Of a DNA stretch of 64,000 bases, positions 1 to 9,111 are shown in pieces. A model generated the notes under the pieces. The model saw only the letters and a program-made list of their open reading frames with translations. It was not told the DNA's origin and did not search any database. Origin of the DNA: an uncultured Candidatus Saccharibacteria bacterium (lineage in GTDB: Bacteria > Patescibacteriota > CPR2 > UBA1875 > CAIMLA01); assembly GCA_964511435.1 (NCBI GenBank), contig CAZEFH010000003.1, positions 1,283-65,282 of the forward strand, read 5' to 3'. A program made the translations under genes and the position numbers. The first letter of the stretch is position 1; each line of letters begins with the position of its first letter.

Positions 1-221
1 TGGCATCATAATACCATTTGATAAAACCATACTGCCTTTTCGCTGCTGAGTGTTCTGTTTGTATTGTTTTTAGAAGCTCTTTTTCTTCACCTCGAGCTAG
101 GCGTATCGTCCATTCATCAATAATTGGAGTTAACCCAAGGTCCTCGAGTTTCTTGATAAGGGAAACCTTCTCATTCCTCTTCTTGGAACTTCCGCAAATA
201 ACTAGTTTCATAATGAAATAA
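1..221 (-). CDS. Hypothetical protein, N-terminal part only (start codon at 219-221, continues past the window edge)
   Basis: Reverse-strand reading from ATG at 221 gives MKLVICGSSKKRNEKVSLIKKLEDLGLTPIIDEWTIRLARGEEKELL... with no stop before position 1. The N-terminal MKxVICGSS resembles Rossmann/LOG-like starts, but this is weak. The + strand ORF 18..221 in the track is judged spurious. Confidence 0.35.
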
Positions 222-242
222 TACCACATGTATGCGATAAAA

Positions 243-321
243 CAAAAAAGGCTTAATAAAGCCTTAAAATATTCATGGTGGAGCATAGTAGAAGTAGTTT
301 TGAACTACTTCTACCCACCAT
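243..321. repeat. Copy 1 of a repeat resembling the tmRNA 3'-end plus its terminator (terminator hairpin aaggctt..aagcctt, then catggtggagc, then a 12-bp extended hairpin)
   Basis: aaaaaggcttaataaagccttaaaatattcatggtggagc closely matches 9741-9781 (the ssrA terminator plus the last 9 nt of tmRNA) and 1088-1130. It is followed by a perfect hairpin, gtagaagtagtt/aactacttctac nested in atggtgg/ccaccat. Confidence 0.6.
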
Positions 322-336
322 TATTATATCGTTAGT

Positions 337-1029
337 TTATTTAGCTGTTTGTGTTTTATGCTTACGTGGAATGAAATAGTTGAGGTGCCACAAGATATGG
401 AGAATCGATATCTCTGCCATTACTGTGCCACCGATAACGTGCCAGTATATCGTGGAGAAGGGAAAGTTTAGTACTAGGCCATAAGTGACTTTGAGCACGA
501 GTAAAATTCCAAATATTCCAGCCGGGATAAAGCTAAAGAGAAGGGTATAGTTCCAAATTTTCTTATGAGTAATAGTTTTAATTTTTTCGAACTTCGACAG
601 TAACCAAGTAGCCAGATATAGACCAAGAGTAACTATTGTCGTTTCTAAGAAGTAATAATTTTTTGTTGGATTCTTGATTTCATTTGTCTTCTCTTGTTGC
701 TTTTCTGAGACAATCTGATCCGTAGAGGTCCCACTACCCGTAACAAGTGATTTAGCTATGTCATTAGCGGAGCTGGGCTCAAGGCCAGCATTGTCATGAA
801 GTTTCTGAATCTCATCAGAGGTACTGATGGTTATCCCTAGTAGCTTACCAAGATTCTCGGCATATTTGGCGGCAGATATTTTATAAAAATCAGCAACTTC
901 CTGAACGCTCATTGCCTTAATTTCACCGCCAGATAGGCTTGTCCCATCATCTTCGGCAAAAACAGCTGTAAGGGGGGAAAGAGTGAGTAATAAACCGAAA
1001 GTAATAAGAATTGATTTTAGCTTTTTCAT
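337..1029 (-). CDS. Secreted or membrane-anchored protein of unknown function (N-terminal signal peptide, C-terminal transmembrane helices)
   Basis: 230-aa ORF. The N-terminus MKKLKSILITFGLLLTLSPLTAVFA looks like a signal peptide, and two to three hydrophobic helices lie near the C-terminus. Flanked by repeat copies 1 and 2. Confidence 0.5.
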   Translation of the reverse strand: MKKLKSILITFGLLLTLSPLTAVFAEDDGTSLSGGEIKAMSVQEVADFYKISAAKYAENLGKLLGITISTSDEIQKLHDNAGLEPSSANDIAKSLVTGSGTSTDQIVSEKQQEKTNEIKNPTKNYYFLETTIVTLGLYLATWLLSKFEKIKTITHKKIWNYTLLFSFIPAGIFGILLVLKVTYGLVLNFPFSTIYWHVIGGTVMAEISILHILWHLNYFIPRKHKTQTAK

Positions 1030-1087
1030 TTGGCTCCTTTATTATTACTTAAAATAATATGAAAGATAACTGAGAAAAAGCTGAAAA

Positions 1088-1158
1088 CAAAAAAAGCTTC
1101 GGAAAGCCTTAATAATTGTCATGGTGGAGCATAGTAGAAGAAGTTTGGAACTACTTTT
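1088..1158. repeat. Copy 2 (degenerate) of the tmRNA-3'-end/terminator-like repeat
   Basis: aaaaagcttcggaaagccttaataattgtcatggtggagcatagtagaagaagtttggaactactttt. The hairpin arms carry mismatches. There is no upstream gene on the strand it would terminate, so it is an orphan copy. Confidence 0.55.
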
Positions 1159-1241
1159 CAAATATTCCAATAAATATCACGATTTAGGAAATAGTTAGAA
1201 AAAAGCGTTTAATATTTAATATTAAATGTTATAATCGTGGC

Positions 1242-2891
1242 ATGATAATATTAGGCGTTAATGGTTGGTTTACTCGAAGTCATGATGGTTCCGCGGCATT
1301 AATTAAAGATGGAAAAATAGTTGCTTTCGCTGAGGAAGAAAGATTTACTAGGTATAAACATGCGTTTGAGCAGCTCCCCCATAGAGCAATTCAGTCTTGT
1401 TTAGATAAAGCAGGTATAACGTCAGATGAAATTGATGTTCTTGCAATTGGCTGGGATTATGAACTTAAGTACCGTTTACGCAATATTGAGTTTCCTGATA
1501 CCGATCTTGCAGATTTATATTTACCAAAAGATATTTTTAAAAGAAAAAAAGAGCCCAAGGTGGTAATTGTTAATCACCATTTAGCTCATGCAAGCCTAGC
1601 ATACAGGCTGTCAAAAGCCGACAAGTCAGCAATCTTGGTAGTTGATGGTCAAGGTGAAGATTCTTCTATTTCAATTTGGAAGGGTAATGACGGTGAGATT
1701 GAGCTTATCCAAAAGTATCCCCTAGAAGCTTCAGTGGGGTTTTTTTATGAATCTATCAACAAGATGATTGGATTCGATTACTTTGATAGTGGTAAAACCA
1801 TGGGTCTTTCTAGTTATTCTCAAGATTCGCTTGAAATAACAGAGATTGATACATATGGCAGTGATGTGACATTCAATTTACCAAACAAAATTGAATTTAG
1901 AAATGATTGTCTTGATGAGCAAATGCAGTTTATGGATGCGTGGGACAAAGTATATTCTAAATATGGCTTAAAGAAGTCTGAACAGAAAAATATGAATAGT
2001 GCTTTTTACGAGAATGAGTATTTACTAGCAGGAACGGCGCAGAAAAATCTTGAAAGAATTATGCTTAAATTAGTATTTATTGCCAAGGAAATTGTCGGTA
2101 CAGATAATATCTGTATTGCTGGAGGGACAACTCTAAACTGTAATGTGAATTCTATTATCAAGAAATCTAACATTTTCAAGAATGTTTTTGTCTTTCCAGT
2201 AACAAATGATACGGGCGTTAGTCTTGGGGCGGCATTGGAGACAAGCTATAATGAAGGAGGCGAAAAGTTCTATGATTTTACTCCTTATCTAGGTCCAGAC
2301 TTTTCTGATACAGAAATTGAAGATTGTCTAATAAGACATAAATTGCATTATGCAAAGTCTGAAAATGTTGCGAAGGAAGCCGCTAAGTATCTGAGTGAAG
2401 GCAAGATTATTGCTTGGTTTCAAGGAAGGATGGAGGCAGGTCCTAGAGCGCTTGGAAATAGAAGCATAATAGCCAACCCAACTATCAAGGGTATGAATGA
2501 TAAAGTAAATAACATAAAAAACCGTGAATTATGGAGACCGTTAGCACCAAGTGTATTAGCCGACTACGCAGAAGAGATATTTGATGATAGTTTTTATTCT
2601 CCCTATATGCTTCATACTTTTAATATTAAACAAGACTATTTATCTCGTATACCCGCTGTTTGTCATGTTGATAAATCGGCACGCCCACAAATGGTAAAAA
2701 TTGATGATAATCCTCTGTTTTATTCCTTAATAGATGAATTTAAAAATACTACAGGGGTCCCAATAGTTCTAAATACTTCGCTAAATGGACCAGGAGAGCC
2801 TCTTATTTGTAAGCCAGACGAAGCAGCAAAAATATTATTAAGGACAAAGATTGACTATCTTTTTATCGGCAACTATATAGCTTGGAAATAG
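1242..2891 (+). CDS. Carbamoyltransferase, NodU/CmcH/TobZ family (Kae1-like + YrdC-like fold)
   Basis: 549 aa. The N-terminus ILGVNGWFTRSHDGSAALIKDGKIVAFAEEERFTRYKH and the HHLAHA motif are typical of O-carbamoyltransferases of the NodU/NovN/TobZ family. The size also fits. Confidence 0.75.
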   Translation: MIILGVNGWFTRSHDGSAALIKDGKIVAFAEEERFTRYKHAFEQLPHRAIQSCLDKAGITSDEIDVLAIGWDYELKYRLRNIEFPDTDLADLYLPKDIFKRKKEPKVVIVNHHLAHASLAYRLSKADKSAILVVDGQGEDSSISIWKGNDGEIELIQKYPLEASVGFFYESINKMIGFDYFDSGKTMGLSSYSQDSLEITEIDTYGSDVTFNLPNKIEFRNDCLDEQMQFMDAWDKVYSKYGLKKSEQKNMNSAFYENEYLLAGTAQKNLERIMLKLVFIAKEIVGTDNICIAGGTTLNCNVNSIIKKSNIFKNVFVFPVTNDTGVSLGAALETSYNEGGEKFYDFTPYLGPDFSDTEIEDCLIRHKLHYAKSENVAKEAAKYLSEGKIIAWFQGRMEAGPRALGNRSIIANPTIKGMNDKVNNIKNRELWRPLAPSVLADYAEEIFDDSFYSPYMLHTFNIKQDYLSRIPAVCHVDKSARPQMVKIDDNPLFYSLIDEFKNTTGVPIVLNTSLNGPGEPLICKPDEAAKILLRTKIDYLFIGNYIAWK

Positions 2892-2960
2892 TTTACACAA
2901 AGGTAAGAATGTGTTATAATCGCGTCGTATAGTTAGGCACTATAAGAACACTGTTAGGGG

Positions 2961-3569
2961 GTGGGTGACTTGAGGACTGAGCCGTTCTTTGATGAGAAGA
3001 ACCGTCTAGTCAAAGAAACAATCCAAGACGGGAGGGTCGTAAGGTTCTACTTGGGAGATGATTGTCAGGGGGTCATCCACAACAAAGATGGGGAAGAATA
3101 CGTATTCGATCAGCGAGGTAAGCGTCGCTGGAGGGGTACTATTCATCCAGAAGACATGGCCGTCGAATCAGAAGCTATGGACGATTTCGGAGTCATCCTG
3201 ATTAAACCAGACGGCGTTGACCAGGCAGGTGTAATCACCGAGCTCCTCACAGAGGAGGCTTTCACCGTTCTTGTGGCAAGGGAAATGATTCTGACTGTTA
3301 CTATAGTCGAAGAATTGTATCCCATGTTCTACCACGAGAGTTACGAGACCCCCTTCTTCGATTACATGACTTCCGGAGTTGTAAAGGCAATGATTGTGCA
3401 GAGTGATAGTTGCACATCGAGACTCCAGAAGTTCAAGGGAGTTATCCGTAGCAGATACGGCAGGAATGGTCACATGCGTAATATGCTTCATTGTTCAAGC
3501 AGTCACAAAGATGCGCTCAGAGAGGCATCTGTGCTATTCTGTATAGGACAATTGAGGCGAAACAACTAG
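2961..3569 (+). CDS. Nucleoside-diphosphate-kinase-like domain protein with a roughly 65-aa N-terminal extension
   Basis: The core FGVILIKPDGV...GRNGHMRNMLHCSSS matches the NDK signature (IKPDGV; GRN..H.SDS with the catalytic His). The ORF is noticeably GC-richer than its neighbours. The start codon is uncertain: GTG at 2961, TTG at 2970 or an internal ATG near 3157. Confidence 0.5.
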   Translation: MGDLRTEPFFDEKNRLVKETIQDGRVVRFYLGDDCQGVIHNKDGEEYVFDQRGKRRWRGTIHPEDMAVESEAMDDFGVILIKPDGVDQAGVITELLTEEAFTVLVAREMILTVTIVEELYPMFYHESYETPFFDYMTSGVVKAMIVQSDSCTSRLQKFKGVIRSRYGRNGHMRNMLHCSSSHKDALREASVLFCIGQLRRNN

Positions 3570-3605
3570 CGGAGGACGCTTAGGCGTCCTCCGCTGAAGG
3601 GAAAA

Positions 3606-4943
3606 ATGTTTATTAAATTACTCTTGTTAATATATATAGTTTTTTCTATACGCTGGATTTACAAAATCTTAAGTTCATATATTTGGATTATTACCTCAAG
3701 AAAAGCTAAAAATAGTTCTTCCGAAGATAAAAAACATTCAATATTCATTTTACTCCCGGTTTTATATGAAAATTATCGCTTACAAGAAGCAGTTGATTAT
3801 TTTAGACAAATATTAGAAAAACACCCAAATATTAAACTTGTCATAATTACTACAGTCCGTGAAAGCTGTTACGAAGATTCGATAACTATAGATTTGGCAA
3901 AAAAGTTAAGCTCGAACAATATAATTCATATCCATGCAAACGACCCTGGTGGAAATATGGCAACCCAACTAAATTGTGCGGTCGATGCACTTTCTGCTGG
4001 TAAATATTTTGAAGACAAAAGGATAGTTTTTGGGGTTTATAATGTTGATTCTAGACCAGAAATAGAAACTTTTGATTGGTTATTAAGTCATCCAAATTTA
4101 AAGGATGATTTATTTTGTTTTCAACAGTATGGTGATTATACAAAAAATACAGACACAATCTCGAAGGCAAGGAATAAATATAGTTTGTTGGCATCATCTT
4201 ATTGGCAAAATAGATGGAGTATGGGCTACGAGATTGCTAGTGCTCTAAGACAATTTTCTAAATTTAGAATACTCAACAATAACTGGAGAACTAATTATTG
4301 TGTTGGTCACGGGGTATTTATAAGTGAGAGCCTGCTAAAAAAGATTGATGGTTTTTGCGGTAAAACTCATAACGAAGATATTTTTCTTGGTCTTACTATA
4401 TCCAATTTAAAGGTCAGGATTTTCCCCATTCCATTTTTTGATTTAGCAGATTCTCCAGATGATTTGTTTTATTTATTCAAACAGAAAACTAATTGGTTTA
4501 TGGGGACATTTCAAGTTATAAAATATTACAGCATTATAAAAGAAAACAAATATTTTGATCATAATAAATTTAGACTTGCTTTTCAGACCCTTCAAATATT
4601 TTTATTATCTCAGTTTTGGATTTGGGGACCAAATGTACTTATGCTTTTGTCCACATATGCTTTATTAACATTAAATTTACAGCTCATATATCTTACCTTG
4701 CTCACATATGTTTTCTACCTAGTATTGCCAAACACACTAGGACAATACTATTTAAAAAAGACAAAGTTTGAGAAGAATTCACTGCTTAATCTATTTTTTA
4801 TATCTTTTTGTGGAAGTTGGCTTGCATCAATTATTCATGGTATTGCACCATTCAACTCTATAAGAAAGTATTTTTTACAAAAGTTACTTGGTATAGAATT
4901 TTTAAAAGGGAAAACGGATATGAGGTTTTATGAAGAGGAATAA
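3606..4943 (+). CDS. Membrane protein with an N-terminal glycosyltransferase-like (GT-A-like) domain and a C-terminal polytopic membrane domain
   Basis: 445 aa. There is an N-terminal transmembrane segment, then a soluble domain (…LLPVLYENYRLQEAV…IHIHANDPGGNMATQLN…), then at least four hydrophobic helices at the C-terminus. Its end overlaps the next gene. The family assignment is tentative. Confidence 0.4.
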   Translation: MFIKLLLLIYIVFSIRWIYKILSSYIWIITSRKAKNSSSEDKKHSIFILLPVLYENYRLQEAVDYFRQILEKHPNIKLVIITTVRESCYEDSITIDLAKKLSSNNIIHIHANDPGGNMATQLNCAVDALSAGKYFEDKRIVFGVYNVDSRPEIETFDWLLSHPNLKDDLFCFQQYGDYTKNTDTISKARNKYSLLASSYWQNRWSMGYEIASALRQFSKFRILNNNWRTNYCVGHGVFISESLLKKIDGFCGKTHNEDIFLGLTISNLKVRIFPIPFFDLADSPDDLFYLFKQKTNWFMGTFQVIKYYSIIKENKYFDHNKFRLAFQTLQIFLLSQFWIWGPNVLMLLSTYALLTLNLQLIYLTLLTYVFYLVLPNTLGQYYLKKTKFEKNSLLNLFFISFCGSWLASIIHGIAPFNSIRKYFLQKLLGIEFLKGKTDMRFYEEE

Positions 4944-6546
4944 ACTGCGCGTAAAACTGGTTTATTATAGGGCAATGATGTCTCAATCAGCTGCTTCACT
5001 TACTATGGGTAGGATTGCTAGCCTTCTAAAAAGAGATAATTTTTTATATGATTTAGTGCTCCTAGAGTCAGATGATATCAATACGATTGAGAGAATCGGA
5101 CTAGACGGCTCAGTGATAATCGCAAAACCAAACTTTAAAGACTATGACATTATTTTGCCGCTACTAAAAAAGATTAAGCAGAAGTGCTCTGATATGCAAA
5201 TATTCTTATGTGGTCCTTATATCAGTTTGGATTACAAAAATATTATCCTAAAAGAAAATTGGCTTGATGGCATAATAGTAGGATTTCCTGAGGAACCAAG
5301 TCATAATCTCGTAAAAGCTATTAGCCAGGGTAAATCTATTGATGATATCGATAATGTGGTTACCCTTAAGAATATTGAACAGTTTAAGATAAGTTCAAAT
5401 AGGATTGATTTCGAGGACTTGCCGACTCCTACTAGAGATATAGAAAGATTTGAGGCTGGTTCATTCACGAACATAGAAGCTTCAAGGGGTTGTGATAACT
5501 TTTGTAGCTATTGTCACATACCTTTATATAGCAGGCAGTGCAACCTAACGAAGAGGGAGCTTAGAAGTAACGAGTCGATAGTAGATGAGATCGAAGAGCT
5601 AAGGGCTATGGGCAAGAACTTCTTGATTTTTAATGATAGTCATTTCTGGTCAAACGATTGTGACAATGAACGGGTGATCAACTTCTGCGACATCTTAATC
5701 AAGAGAAAACTTTCAATCCACTTTTATATTTATCTAAGAAGTTTTCCATTCCCAAATGAGGAAGTGCTTTTGAAATTGAGAGATGCTGGTCTGGCTAGGG
5801 TCTTTATAGGGGTTGAGAATGCTACAGTAGAAAATCAGAAAAGATATAATAAAATTGTAAATCTTGATCAGTTTGATCAAGTTAAATCTAGATGTGAAAA
5901 CATGGGAATAAATGTCCATATTGGGTTCATGCTTTTTAATCCTTACCTTGCATTTAGTGAGATTAAGCCTAATCTGGATTACTTATTAAAAATTAATAAG
6001 ATGTTTCGTTTAGGAGTAATAACTGAACCTGCTCGGGTTATTCCTGGAAGTAAGCTTGAAAAGGATTTAGAGCGAGACGGACTATTGTTTAGAGCCGAGT
6101 CATATAATGCTCCTGTTTTTGAATATAAATTTAAAGATGAGAAAACTGCAATACTATTTCGAGAAATTCGACAGTTATTTATCGGGGAAATATATCTACA
6201 CAGATATAGATTTGAGTATTACGCAATTACTGGACAATTATTCCGAGATCTGACAGAACTAAGCTATTCTGGAATTTCGAATACTTTTAACAAGGAATAT
6301 GAGCAATTCTTACTTTCTAGAGATTACGGTTCACGTTTGATTTATGACTTCCTGATTAGTCAAATTGATGAAATCGATATTAATGGAAAAATAAGCCTTG
6401 ATAACAAGAATGTTTTTAAGGATAAATTTATTGAAGCATGTGCTGACATAGAATTGAAGTGGACTATGCTAAAAAATTCTATTAGTAAAACAGCTGCAAA
6501 AGATGTAATTAAAGAGGTGTATTTTGGCAAAGAAAGAATTAGTTAG
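4930..6546 (+). CDS. B12-binding-domain radical SAM enzyme (class B radical SAM, likely C-methyltransferase or similar tailoring enzyme)
   Basis: 538 aa. CDNFCSYCHIP is the CxxxCxxC radical-SAM cluster motif. The N-terminal roughly 180 aa resemble a cobalamin-binding domain, as in the Fom3/GenK/TsrM class. Overlaps the upstream gene by 14 nt. Confidence 0.65.
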   Translation: MKRNKLRVKLVYYRAMMSQSAASLTMGRIASLLKRDNFLYDLVLLESDDINTIERIGLDGSVIIAKPNFKDYDIILPLLKKIKQKCSDMQIFLCGPYISLDYKNIILKENWLDGIIVGFPEEPSHNLVKAISQGKSIDDIDNVVTLKNIEQFKISSNRIDFEDLPTPTRDIERFEAGSFTNIEASRGCDNFCSYCHIPLYSRQCNLTKRELRSNESIVDEIEELRAMGKNFLIFNDSHFWSNDCDNERVINFCDILIKRKLSIHFYIYLRSFPFPNEEVLLKLRDAGLARVFIGVENATVENQKRYNKIVNLDQFDQVKSRCENMGINVHIGFMLFNPYLAFSEIKPNLDYLLKINKMFRLGVITEPARVIPGSKLEKDLERDGLLFRAESYNAPVFEYKFKDEKTAILFREIRQLFIGEIYLHRYRFEYYAITGQLFRDLTELSYSGISNTFNKEYEQFLLSRDYGSRLIYDFLISQIDEIDINGKISLDNKNVFKDKFIEACADIELKWTMLKNSISKTAAKDVIKEVYFGKERIS

Positions 6547-7393
6547 TTTTCCTAAAGCTATTGAATTTCAGACGGCTTCTTTTTGTAATGGAGGTTGCTC
6601 CATCTGTCCCTATAAAGAGGTCTCAACGAAGCTTCCAGCGGGTGTTATAGAAGAAGATATATTTAAACGTTTAGTCGATGAGATTTCGGAGCATGAAGAA
6701 GTTAGAATAATCCCTTATTTTAATAACGAACCATTCTTAGATAAAAAATTTGTGGACAGACTTAGGTATATCAGATCCGTTTGTCCAAAACATGTTATAG
6801 AAATATCTACCAATATATCTATGCTGACCAGCAATGTACTCGATAAAATGGACGGCCTATACATTGATGATTTAAGAATCAGCTTCTTTTCTTTTAATGA
6901 GAAGTCTTATGAAAATATTATGACTGGTCTAAATTGGGATGTTTCGAAAACAAATCTAGATAATCTGGTGAAAAATAATAGATACAAAAGAATTTTTGGA
7001 AAGATTAGTATAGTTAATGTCGATATAGAAGAACTAAAAAAAGAAGATATAGATTTAGCTAAAAAATATTGCGAAGAAAAAGGACTCAGTTATGAATTTT
7101 GGGGGTTTTTCGATAGGGCGGGCAATGTTAAAAATAGAACGAATAATGTACATAAAGAAGTCGTTAGGGGTTGTGAACAGAATAGACCAATAGAAAGAAT
7201 GCACATAATATTCGATGGGAAAGTTATTTTGTGCTGTATGGACTGGAAGAGAGAATATATCTTAGGCGATTTGAAAATGGATAGTATAAAAGAGATTTGG
7301 AATTCACAAGAATATTCAAAAATAAGAGACGAAATATATGATCCGCAAATTTCGCCTCCCGATCTTTGTAAAAAATGTAAATTAGCAATCTAA
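6524..7393 (+). CDS. Radical SAM protein with a C-terminal SPASM/twitch-like Cys-rich domain
   Basis: FCNGGCSICPY (CxxxCxxC) sits near the N-terminus. The C-terminus GKVILCCMDW…CKKCKLAI carries extra Cys clusters typical of SPASM domains. Overlaps the upstream gene by 23 nt. Confidence 0.6.
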   Translation: MAKKELVSFPKAIEFQTASFCNGGCSICPYKEVSTKLPAGVIEEDIFKRLVDEISEHEEVRIIPYFNNEPFLDKKFVDRLRYIRSVCPKHVIEISTNISMLTSNVLDKMDGLYIDDLRISFFSFNEKSYENIMTGLNWDVSKTNLDNLVKNNRYKRIFGKISIVNVDIEELKKEDIDLAKKYCEEKGLSYEFWGFFDRAGNVKNRTNNVHKEVVRGCEQNRPIERMHIIFDGKVILCCMDWKREYILGDLKMDSIKEIWNSQEYSKIRDEIYDPQISPPDLCKKCKLAI

Positions 7394-8053
7394 ATGAACC
7401 GAAAAACTGGTTATCAAAAATCAATAATCGTTGTTGAGGGAAATGTTTATTCGGGCAAGACGACACTTTGCCTTAAACTCTCAAGCTCTACTAAGTTTAA
7501 GATATTTGAAGACCATGCCTTTGTTGAATTACCGAGAGCTATTCGGAATGATGCAGATGCTCTCTCAAACCAGATTAAATACCTTGAGATAGAAGTATCT
7601 AGATCAGAAAAGATTGGTGAAGAAAAGGGCTACATACTAGACAGGTCAATAATTTCTATTTTTGCTTTTACTTACTATCTTTCAACTCAAGGATACCAAA
7701 TAAAAGAATTTTTTCTTGATGTTGTTGAAAAACTGATACGTGAAAATAGGATAACGATACCTGACTACCTGATTTATCTAAAAGTAAGTGCTGATGAGTT
7801 AGCTGAAAGATTTCAAATTAACAGAGATGCTTCAAAAGCCACGGAAGAGTTTTATGTCAATGAGGAATTTATTGGTATTATGGACCACTTTTGCTGTAAT
7901 TTAATCAGTAAGGTTGGTGGATTAGTGATTACTGGAGAGGATGAGGACAATGTACTAACGAAATCAATCCAATATATTGAAGCTGGCAAAAGGGTTAATA
8001 AAGAGATATTTTTTCAGGTACTCTTCAGTTTAATGAGAGTTTTCGATGAGTAA
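7394..8053 (+). CDS. Deoxynucleoside/nucleoside-monophosphate-kinase-like P-loop protein
   Basis: IIVVEGNVYSGKTTL is a P-loop, followed by DRSIISIFAFTYY (the dNK/dCK-like DRS motif). 219 aa. Directly abuts the previous gene's stop. Confidence 0.55.
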   Translation: MNRKTGYQKSIIVVEGNVYSGKTTLCLKLSSSTKFKIFEDHAFVELPRAIRNDADALSNQIKYLEIEVSRSEKIGEEKGYILDRSIISIFAFTYYLSTQGYQIKEFFLDVVEKLIRENRITIPDYLIYLKVSADELAERFQINRDASKATEEFYVNEEFIGIMDHFCCNLISKVGGLVITGEDEDNVLTKSIQYIEAGKRVNKEIFFQVLFSLMRVFDE

Positions 8054-8699
8054 ATGGTCTAATATATATACAAAATCTATATCTAAAGTAGGCGGATTCG
8101 AAGAATACTATCAAAGTAAACTTATAAGTAAAAAGATTTTGATTGATACTATTACAAGTGAATATGGCGGCACAAAACCTATTGCTGAGATTGGATCGGG
8201 TACAGCAATATTGCCAATTTATTTTTCGAAAAAAGGGTATGATTCTTGGGGGATTGAAGCTGATTTTGAAATGTATACATTATCACGTGAATTTGCCGAG
8301 AAAATTGAATCAACAAATATCAAACTTATTAATGATAATTTTCTTGAATTAGAATTGCCCGAAAAATCTCTCAAATTAATTTACAGTAATGGCTTGCTGG
8401 AACATTTTGATGATGAGAAAATAAAATTCTTAGTACAAAAACAGCTGATGGTCGCGGATAGAGCTATTATATCTGTTCCGACTGATTACTTTATGTCTAG
8501 TCAAGCTGTATACGGTGATGAAAGATTTCTACCTATAAAATATTGGGAACAATTGATTACTTTGTCTGGTGGTAATATCTTATATAAGAGATATTTTGAA
8601 TATAATAATCATTTTCTAAAAATATTAAATAATATAACACAAGGCAGACTTAGATTTAATCCGCCCTTTGTTATATTCATTGTTTCTAAGAATTCGTGA
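8046..8699 (+). CDS. Class I SAM-dependent methyltransferase
   Basis: IAEIGSGTAILPIYF is the glycine-rich SAM-binding motif I, followed by an acidic motif II (WGIEAD). 217 aa. Overlaps the upstream gene by 8 nt. Confidence 0.55.
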   Translation: MSKWSNIYTKSISKVGGFEEYYQSKLISKKILIDTITSEYGGTKPIAEIGSGTAILPIYFSKKGYDSWGIEADFEMYTLSREFAEKIESTNIKLINDNFLELELPEKSLKLIYSNGLLEHFDDEKIKFLVQKQLMVADRAIISVPTDYFMSSQAVYGDERFLPIKYWEQLITLSGGNILYKRYFEYNNHFLKILNNITQGRLRFNPPFVIFIVSKNS

Positions 8700-9108
8700 T
8701 TTCTAGCGTTCTTTTTATGAGACTTTGAAAGTAATTTGGAACTTTGTTATTCTCGCCAAATTTCTCTAGATCTAAAATATCGACCCACTTATAGTCCTGA
8801 TGTTCCTCCGGGTTTAGGATTACATTGCCTGAGATAAAATTGCTTATAAAGAAAACGGTAATATAGTGCATCTCTTTTGAACTCTCGTAGTTAGCAAAGT
8901 AGTGAAATAATTTTGGTTCTGTCGTTGAAATACTTGTTTCTTCTGTTGTTTCTCTAGACACACCCATTGTAAGGTCCTCACTATTCTCAAGAGAGCCTCC
9001 TGGAATATCCCAATAATTTGGAAGATTAGATACGCTTGACGCTCTTTTTAGTAAAAGAACTTTGTCATCATTTCTTACTACATTGTGAATAATTATTTTT
9101 ATTGCCAT
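8686..9108 (-). CDS. NUDIX hydrolase
   Basis: GGSLENSEDLTMGVSRETTEETSI matches the NUDIX box Gx5Ex7REUxEExGU. 140 aa. Confidence 0.7.
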   Translation of the reverse strand: MAIKIIIHNVVRNDDKVLLLKRASSVSNLPNYWDIPGGSLENSEDLTMGVSRETTEETSISTTEPKLFHYFANYESSKEMHYITVFFISNFISGNVILNPEEHQDYKWVDILDLEKFGENNKVPNYFQSLIKRTLEITNS

Positions 9109-9111
9109 TTA

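Noticed and set aside
18-221. Track ORF on + strand (67 aa) at the window start
   Set aside because: The minus strand gives a better gene from ATG 221 running off the window (MKLVICGSSKK…). The + ORF translation is low-complexity with no RBS.
3143-3491. Minus-strand ORFs (60 and 107 aa) inside the NDK-like gene
   Set aside because: They are fully nested antisense frames of a GC-rich coding region with no signals. Spurious.
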